Below are positions 55,815 to 64,000 of a stretch of DNA of 64,000 nucleotides, piece after piece. The notes beneath the pieces are model-generated. The model was not told the DNA's origin, ran no database searches, and saw nothing but the letters and a program-made list of their open reading frames with translations. The stretch comes from Mayamaea pseudoterrestris (taxonomy: Eukaryota). Where the stretch lies: the NCBI GenBank assembly GCA_027923505.1, contig BROI01000012.1:124001-188000 (forward strand), read 5' to 3'. How positions within the stretch are numbered: the stretch's first letter is position 1; each line of letters opens with the position of its first letter. Position numbers and translations under genes: made by a program.

Positions 55815-56806
55815 CTAATCAGATTCCTCAATCGTGGTCCGTTTCCCCTTTGAGAGCGAGGCACGTACTGAGCCGAGAGAAAACGCTTTCAGGAGAGCGC
55901 CATTGAAGGAAAGTGATACACTCCCAACCATGGAACGCTCCTGGCCGCTGTAAACTGAATTTTCTTGGGAATGGGGACCAGTTCTGGAGGTCGTCTCTGT
56001 TAGGTCATACTTGGGCTCTCTCTTGGTCGGTGCCAAAGTGAAGTCGACAATCAGCTCGCCATGTGTTTTGTCAACAAGTGTGCAGTTATCGTATGAACAA
56101 TAATCGTATTCAGTTCCGTTGTAGTCGTAGCATTGTAAATAGCAAAAAATTTCGGAAAGGGTGGTGTTCGAGTCGATGTAACGCATGTTCGCGCTTTTAA
56201 GCTTGGGGTCAACGTTGAAACGAGGAATTTCCCCATTGTAGGCGTCGATGGAAATCCTCGTGGCAGTTGGACCATCGCAGCTGTCTGTTGTACCATAAGT
56301 CACATATCCATTATCATTGACGTCACTGTCAGTTGGCTTGCGGCCCTTGTCGTAGTAGTAGTCATTGGCGTCTTTCGCAAGGTAACCGTAGAGGTAGGTA
56401 GAGCCATAGCAAGCCGAGTTGTCGCTAAACGATCCAAATTCAACAGCACTGCTCTTCGTCACTGTCTTTTTATAATATTTATCGCGACGGCGCTCGGCGA
56501 GGTTGGACACTTCGGACTCATCCTGAGGCTGGTGCTGCTGCATGAAAGCTTGGAATCTCTGATCAAGATCAGGGTCTTCCAAATGGGGCGTTTCGCGCTG
56601 GAACCCCTGCTGTATCACACATTTGGTTCAAAATAAGGCAGGTGTTAGCAACTGACGGTCTCCATCCCTTCTACCTTCTACCGGCTCGCACTGGATGGGT
56701 GATGGATGGCTGACGGCTGACGAATACAAACACGCAAACCGATGCAACTTACACCAAGGATGCACTTCGCGGCTGAGACCATCAAGAGAACCGTAAAGAG
56801 CTTCAT
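55815..56806 (-). CDS. Secreted hypothetical protein; probable intron 56610-56752
   Basis: Exon 1 MKLFTVLLMVSAAKCILG ends at a GTAAGT donor; GCTAAC branch and TACAG acceptor rejoin in phase 0 with the 55815-56618 ORF. Confidence 0.65.
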
Positions 56807-57511
56807 GACTTCGAGTGGTAGATGAGATTCGGAGACGAAATGTATGAAAACTGATAATTGTGTGGTTGATCGGTAAGTGTCGGTGTAGTAGGATGGATTG
56901 AAAAGCTTTTTCATGTCAAGGCGATTGACAGTGTTGCACATTTGATACGATTGGATATCAATGAAATGACATTTTAGACTATTGCCCGAGTTTTTTCTGT
57001 CGGCTACATAGCCGGAAATGGCATCGGAGTAGCAACAAAAGTGTCACTGGCAACTTTTACTTAAGCAATGATCGTTGAGGACGTGATGTCGAAGGCAGGC
57101 TGGCTCCCTACGAGGTACGCTGAGAAACGCTTACAACTCCGCAGAAGAGTTTTCACTGCCAATTTCGCTATCATGCTCTTCAGGAAAGGATAGTTTAGTT
57201 TGGTAAAATGTTGCATTACTTGACTCTTTGCTGAGATGTTTATTCCACACAGTCCGTGGACTGGGTTCCAGCTCAACTACAAATAAATGGTAAAGCAGCA
57301 ATGCTCGTTACCTCGGTGTATTTGAAGCAAGTATCATTGCAGAGAAGGGATTAATTTGGTAGATCTATTTGGCAATATGATGCGATAACTCACCAACACT
57401 CGTCCTGGTACAGTGCCATACCTGTTGACGAGCCAGGTCACTGAAAATAAAGTCGCAGCGAAACTAGCCGATGACCACGAACACCTTGGAATCCAAAACA
57501 CAACGAGCACC

Positions 57512-60500
57512 ATGGCAGCCGACACTTCCTCGCTCGCAGACTTGCTGTCACACTCTAAGGCCCTGCACGAATCGTCAAAGCTTTCGTTGGTGCAACTGGT
57601 ACCGGTGCATTTCAGCTTGCTGCGAGTCGCGGGAGTGAAAAGTCAAATTCTTGTACTTGGCGATTGCGACGATGCATCAGTCAGTGATGGCTCGAGAGCA
57701 ACTGCTACTGCGTCCTGGAGTGAGCTACTGAAATTTCTGCGCGAAATTAAAGATGGAGCAGAGGACACGAACGATGCTTGCAAGCTTTTCAGTGCAGAGA
57801 AGCTATTCGTCTTTCAGTTTATGTTGCTGCAATCAAGCCATTCGACGACTGCCGGTCATCATCCACTTCAAGCCATTACGTCACTCATGCTTCCCGTGAT
57901 CGAGTATGAAACCAAGTTACAGCAGCAGGACTCTGATTTTGAATTAAGCGACGATATAAAACTGCAGGAAAAGGAGCTGGAGGAGCTCATGGAAGCCATT
58001 CTTGAGGCAGTCTTTGCGCAGGCTGCGGACGAATCGTTGTCAGTATCAAGCAGCAACGAGCAAATGCAGGAATGCTTGAACCAACTGTACAAATTTGCCA
58101 GTCGACTCTTGACCGATGGATCTACTTGTCGTAGCAGCAGCTTGGCTTGGAAGACTTTGACGCGCATTTTGACGCGCTTGTACGAGCATCAAGTGCAGCA
58201 ACAGCAGCAATGTGGCGACGAGCATGCTGCATTCATGCTGTTGCAGGCGATTGCAAGTCAAGTCGAGCAAGGCATCCAGGCAGCTGTACAAACTGCCTTG
58301 TCTTCGGCCACGTCTTCTTTCGAACAATCTGCTAGCTTGTCGTGGCTCATGCCTCCCATTACCAACGACTTGTTGCCCTTGCTGGTGTCATCGTCGCCAT
58401 TCCTTGCAGAAGTACATCCCGACGGCAATACCATCGATAGCGATTCGACACCATTGACAAAGATCCGGATCCAAGTGTTGCAGCTATACAGACAGGAACG
58501 AGTCAAACCTGAGCGATTTCAGCAGGCAGGAGTCTACTTGGTCGTCACAAGTGTTTTGTGTATTCTTTTGCCAAGCGTGACGCTGTCGGAACTACAACAT
58601 AATGACGCGACGGACCTTTGGGACTTGATTTATCTTTGCGTATCACAGGGACTTGATGCACCGAGGCGAGGATCATCTTGGAACGAGCATCAATCATCAT
58701 TGTCTCAAAGCACATTGGACGGTAGCGTCGCTCGTCCCACCGATACGTTGCGACTTGCCGCTGATTCCGGCACGCTGCAATTGCTTCGACGACGAGGCCT
58801 CTATCTGCTTCGCATACTGGTTCAAACCATTGGGGAGCCAAGTAGCATGGCGATTTGGAGCAAGTACGTGGCCTGCTACGAAACGCTGGAGATGGAAAGT
58901 ACTCCTCATCTCGTTGACCAAACGTGGGCAACGATTGCCGACATTGCGTCAAACATTTCCGTCGATTCAGAACTGGAATTGGAGAATAACAAGCTCGTTA
59001 GTTCGCCTCTAAGTTTCTCGTGGAAGTGGCTCAAGGTCATGTTGGCTCGAGTCTTGACGACCCACGAAGCTCCGACGGTTCGAAAGCTGAGTCTCTTTCG
59101 ACTGTTTGTTGGAGAGGCCGGCATACTGCTGACACAATCAGCAAGCCAACAGTCGAGCATGACAATGATCAAGGCTTCCGACCGCGATCGACAGAGGAAG
59201 GTAAACAGCAGGCCATCTAAAAGTGCGGGAAAACAATCTCGCGGCGCTCCCATGACTGTGGTTTCGCCTGACTTTGTGCTCGAGTCTGTTTTATTGTCCA
59301 TGGACACGCTCGAAGCATCCGTTGGAACCAATATACATTTTAACAATGATAAAAAGGAAAGTCGGCAAGACATGATGGAATTGTTTGCCACATTTCTCTG
59401 CTCCTACATTCGATCGCTGCAAGATAACGCGTCTCGTTGTAAAGAGTTTTTTCTCGGTTTGTTGGCACCAGAAATACTTTGCCAAATCAGTCGCAAGACA
59501 GTCAAGCTTGTCTTCACATGCATTGCAGATATTTGTTTAGAATCTGGAGCGCGCTTCAAGATTTTTTTGGACGATGAGGTGCTCACGACTGTTTCCAAGT
59601 CACTGCACTTTGTTATGTCTGCAGGCGCGGTTCCGCTAGATTATCAGAAATCAATTCTTGAAAGCCTGTCAATCATGCTTGCAAACGGAGATACAAATTC
59701 AGCGAAAGCCTTGAATCCACTGACGATATTGGGCATACTTGATCTCTTTCCAGTCCCTGACATTGACGAAACCTCGTTGGCAGATGAGACCCAGGAACAA
59801 CGAGGCGCCGAGTCGCCATGGCCTGATCTTGATCCAACTTTCGATAATGTCCGAAAATGGCTTGGAGGAATGAGGACTCAAGACCCCTCTTGGAGAACAA
59901 CCTTTGGCGCAGGCGTTGCAGCTGCCTATATTGATGGTGCGCTGGCGGGCACGGCGACGACGCGGCAGTGGGATCCCTTGGTCGGTCTGTCGACTGCGGA
60001 GAAGGAAATGGGCAAGGCAATCATTTTCTTTTGCTCACTGGTCACTGCTGGGGAACAAGAGTTAAAGACTGCAGCCGAACTCATTTGGCCTGCTATACAT
60101 AAAGGCTTATCAAATGCGCCAGTAGCAATATCGAGCGTCTCCTACACAGGCGCAGAAAAAGTCGCGAAGGCGGTTGTACTTCTCGAGTATGGATGCAAGC
60201 TTCGAGTTATTAGCGGTATGGGAAATGGCGATCTCTTGGTGGATCGCAAGATGCAAACCATGATGCCGCCACCGCAGCACATTGAAACCTTGCTCAAGCT
60301 GGCGACCAAGTTTATTTTGCACGGAATTCGTGTGCTGCTGCCATCAGCCACAAATGCCACTGACTTGTTCAAAAGTTCTAATGCACGTTCGCCTGTCGTG
60401 CGACAGGCGACGGCAAGCTTTGGTCGCTGGATAAATGTGCTGCATACATTGCACGAAGGATTTCCTTCTAGCGCCGCTACGTCAGAGACTATTCATGATC

Positions 60501-63070
60501 TTCTTCAAGAGAATGTGACAACCATTATTTCTGAGGCGACGCGCGGTGGCGAATCTACGGCGGTCACATTACAAGTCGCGGCCATTTTCGCGTCGCTGAC
60601 GAGTGGTGGTCAGATACCGGAAGGTCATTTGATAGATGTTTGTGACGCGCTAGCGAGCATTGAATATGTAGACGAAGGACTTTCGGCAGTTGAAGAGCAA
60701 GCGTCTCGCAGCATATTCCAGGCAGCAAAATGGGGCTCTCTGTCAATTCTTTTAAAACGTTTATTGATGTCGAGTGAACACGACACAGCCAAACAGACAA
60801 TGCAACGAATTCTTGAAAAAGTCAACGACTCCATTCACTTAGTCTCATTGAATGCCATACAAAGCTTGTTTACTTGTGTGATTCTTGCGGCGGAGTATAC
60901 CTTAACCAACTCGACGAAGACCGATAGTCTCGACAATGTAATACGAACGTTGACTAGCCTTATGGATGAAACGAAAACAAGCAGTGAATCCTCAGAGATG
61001 CTCGACGCCATTTGTGGCCTTGTATTTCGCCCTGAGCTTGTGATGATAGAGAGTAAGCGCTTGCTTGAAGATCCAGATTGTCTTGCACCAATTCGTGACG
61101 CCTTTCGAGATTTTATCAAGCAAGCTGGTTCCCAACGCACTTATATTGCCGCCGCAGTTCTCTGTCGGATCATTCACGGCTGGCTAGGGCCCAACGACAA
61201 GCCATCTCAAACCGGAATCGCTGCCATTCCTTATCGTGATGACATTGCATCACTTCTCGTATTCAAGGAAGCCCGCATGGACGACGCATGTGTCAATAAG
61301 AGTTTTCAATCGCAAAACTATAGCGAAGTGCTTCCTTTAGGTACCGACGACCGCAGCGTCACCCGTGGTTTCGCGATCGCGTTTTTATCACGGCTCCCTG
61401 GCGCCGACGAAGGTTTGTCACCTCTTGTTCTTTCGGATCTTTGCCACTTCCTTGTTCGCTTCCTTTTAGATGATTTGCTGACACAAGAAAAAATGGAAAT
61501 AAGACTTGGTTCTTCGTCTTATTGTCGGCGAATGCGAAGTTTACAAGCGCTTTGCGTTCTCTCAAGGTTTGTCACTGCCGATATAGCCGAGGAAGTTTGT
61601 AAGCACGTAATGCAGGTCTTTGAAGATCAATTGTACGGGCAGATACGATACTTTCTGGAAGTATTTACAATTCAGTGCGCGAGGAAATTTCCAGAAATCT
61701 TTGGCCGCGCTCTGTTGCACGATATTCGTAGAGTAAATCTTTCCCTCCAGCATATCTCATCAATTTGCATTGTTGTCGGTGCGCTCACCTGCGGTCGATA
61801 TCAGATGGATTACTTTACTAATAAGGAAAACGTTGGAACAGCTCTTTCTGGTGTATTGCCTTGGCTTGGAAGCACTCAAGGCTTTGCTCGAGCGATCGCT
61901 CAGTTGCTTGTGCATCGGCTCATACCATTTGCAATCGACGTGTCAATTCAATGCGACGATCCTGTACGAGACAGCGATTGGTACCTTCGTTCCGTCTATT
62001 CGTTCCTGGACACGCACGAAGAAATGAAGCGGCTTCGGGCAAAACAAACCAAGTTCTTTGAAACTTATGATGCAGATACAGCATGCACTCTCGACGGAAT
62101 AATGCAATTGACTGTCGATGAAGGCGGCGAGGCGTTCCCAGCGCATCTCGTGGCCGTAATGAAGGACACACTGAAAGAAGTATTTGCGGAAGGCAACGCA
62201 GATGTGATACCCGAGTGGAAGCAAGTCGAAATGATGATGTCCAAGCCGGGTTTTGCCAGTGGAGCTAGCGATTCTCGCGGCGAGGTTGAAGTGAATTTTC
62301 AACGCAAGATTATTCCACTTGATGCGCTAAACCTTGCTCTGGAAAATGAGCAGGATCGAAAACGACGCAATCGTGCGGGACGAAGGAAGCAGCCGCTCAT
62401 AGTTTGCGCTAGCTTGATCGACAAGGCGCCCAATTTAGCTGGCTTGGCGCGCACGGCGGAAATATTTGCTGCCGACCGCCTCGTAATCCCTGAGCGCCGA
62501 GTGACACAAATGGATAACTTTAAGAGCATCAGTGTGACGGCTGCTGACTGGATCGATATCGAGGAATGCAAAGAAGTGGTACGTAATCGACACTATTCAG
62601 TTTTGTGTATAATTGCTCGTGGTGCCAAATGATTATATATCAGTTTAACCAAGATCTGTTCTGATCTCGTTGATGACAAAAGCTATCAGAATGATGGAAC
62701 CAATGTTTCAGAGAAGCTTATAGATTTCGATCTATTTCAACTTATCCACTCTATTTCGTCCGTGTTCCTTCAGAATCTACTGTCGTGGCTTCGGAAGCAC
62801 AAGCGCAATGGTTGGTTTGTCGTCGGACTTGAGCAGACTTCATCCAGTATCAGTCTCGAGCAGTTTCGTTTCCCAGATCGCCCGATTATTCTCTTGCTGG
62901 GCAAGGAAAAGGAAGGCATACCAGTCGAATTTCTAGATGCGGTCGATCAGTGCGTCGAAATTCCGCAGCTCGGCATTATTCGCAGCTTAAACGTCCACGT
63001 GAGTGGCGCTATTGCCATTTGGGAGCAGACGCGGCAGCGATTAACGAATGGAAAGATAAACCTGTCATAA
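57512..63070 (+). CDS. TRM3: TARBP1/Trm3-like tRNA Gm18 2'-O-methyltransferase (SpoU/SPOUT domain at C-terminus); intron 62579-62773
   Basis: NFQRKIIP, LIVCASLIDKAPNLAGLARTAEIF, GLEQTS, LLGKEKEGIP, VEIPQLGIIRSLNVHVSGAI. The GTACGT...TTCAG intron joins the ORFs in frame. Confidence 0.92.
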
Positions 63071-63388
63071 ACGTTTAGCCTGATGCAACCGTGATGATGC
63101 TTGGCGCTGCAATATTATTTGCGAGAGTCCTTGTTTTATATCGTGGACTCCGAGGATAGGCTGGTGCACGGAAGAAATGGATAGACGTCTAGCCAGCGGC
63201 AATGCCAATTAAACGAAAATAGTCGGCCCTCGATACATCGACCGCCAACTATGAGTTCTTAAAAACTATATATAAACTATAGATGCGTAAATAACATGCA
63301 TAAAGGTACAGTCATGCACTCAACGATTGAGCGAGTACGCATTCAATTAACGTTCTCTTGCGCAGCAACCAGAAACAAAGCTCGCTCT

Positions 63389-64000
63389 CTACTTCTTGGC
63401 AGCATACCACTCCTTGACTTCCGGAAGCTCCTTGAAACGCTCCAAATACGCCTTGATCGCCGGATACTTGTCCCAACAATCCGTTGGGACATGATCAATG
63501 TATCCACGCGTAAACGCATCGAGCGTGGCGTAGGCCATGCAGTCGGCAACGGTTGGGTGCTCCTTGCTCGCCATCCATACACCACCATGCTTCTCAATCA
63601 AGCGTGACATATGATTGGCGTGCTCTGGCAAGACGGTCTCCAACCATTTGGTTCGCATTTGCTTAATCTTTTCTTTGCCTTCGTCCGTCTGGGCGAAACC
63701 TTCGGGATAACCAAAGGACTGCGGACTCATGCCAATGAACATGCACGGCGCCCAATAGGTCCAAAAGTCGTCCAGAATGTTCATCGCTTCCTCAATCTCG
63801 TAGAGATGCTCGCGAGGATACAAGGTATCACTAAAAGTGGCACCGACATAGCGCAACAAAGCCATACTTTGCGCCATTGGCTCGCCATTATCAATCGTCA
63901 TGACTGGTAACTGTCCATAGGGCGTCTTGGGTTTGAAGGATTGCCATTCCTCTCGACTGAGCCGCTCGTCGTCAAAGGGTGTGTTGCTTAAGACGAGGGC
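63389..64000 (-). CDS. Glutathione S-transferase (sigma-like), 5' end beyond the window
   Basis: ...PFDDERLSREEWQSFKPKTPYGQLPVMTID...MAQSMALLRYVG...PTVADC...; the frame stays open to base 64000. Confidence 0.9.
   Translation of the reverse strand, partial: ALVLSNTPFDDERLSREEWQSFKPKTPYGQLPVMTIDNGEPMAQSMALLRYVGATFSDTLYPREHLYEIEEAMNILDDFWTYWAPCMFIGMSPQSFGYPEGFAQTDEGKEKIKQMRTKWLETVLPEHANHMSRLIEKHGGVWMASKEHPTVADCMAYATLDAFTRGYIDHVPTDCWDKYPAIKAYLERFKELPEVKEWYAAKK

Overview
Gene-dense eukaryotic DNA, most likely from a diatom. That is an inference from the short GT-AG introns, signal-peptide+F/W plastid-type presequences, a PPR gene and a diatom CoDi-like Copia. About 20 protein genes are present: F-box-like, GT11-like, a head-to-head pair of paralogous coiled-coil genes, LsmAD, TupA-like ATP-grasp, SGNH-like, PPR, PstS, a PhoD fragment, a DCR2/PAP-like phosphoesterase, JmjC, TARBP1/Trm3 and GST. 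Two satellite islands interrupt them. Island 1 (~15.9-19.7 kb) is a CpG-poor mosaic of five tandem-repeat families (371, 169, 37, 181 and a different 181 bp) bracketed by a degenerate ~110-bp direct repeat. Island 2 (~31.8-49.7 kb) holds about 67 copies of the palindrome-rich 169-bp monomer. It is split in register by an intact, very young 6,585-bp Ty1/copia element with 313-bp LTRs differing at one visible position, non-canonical TTG...CAA ends, a 4-bp CTGA TSD, no TGG-type PBS, and a chromodomain-like module after the integrase. The most striking candidate system is a chromodomain-bearing Copia inserted into a probably methylated, nucleosome-sized satellite. The left junction of island 2 is indel-rich and may be an assembly artefact. 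All protein calls come from motifs read by eye; no database search was run.
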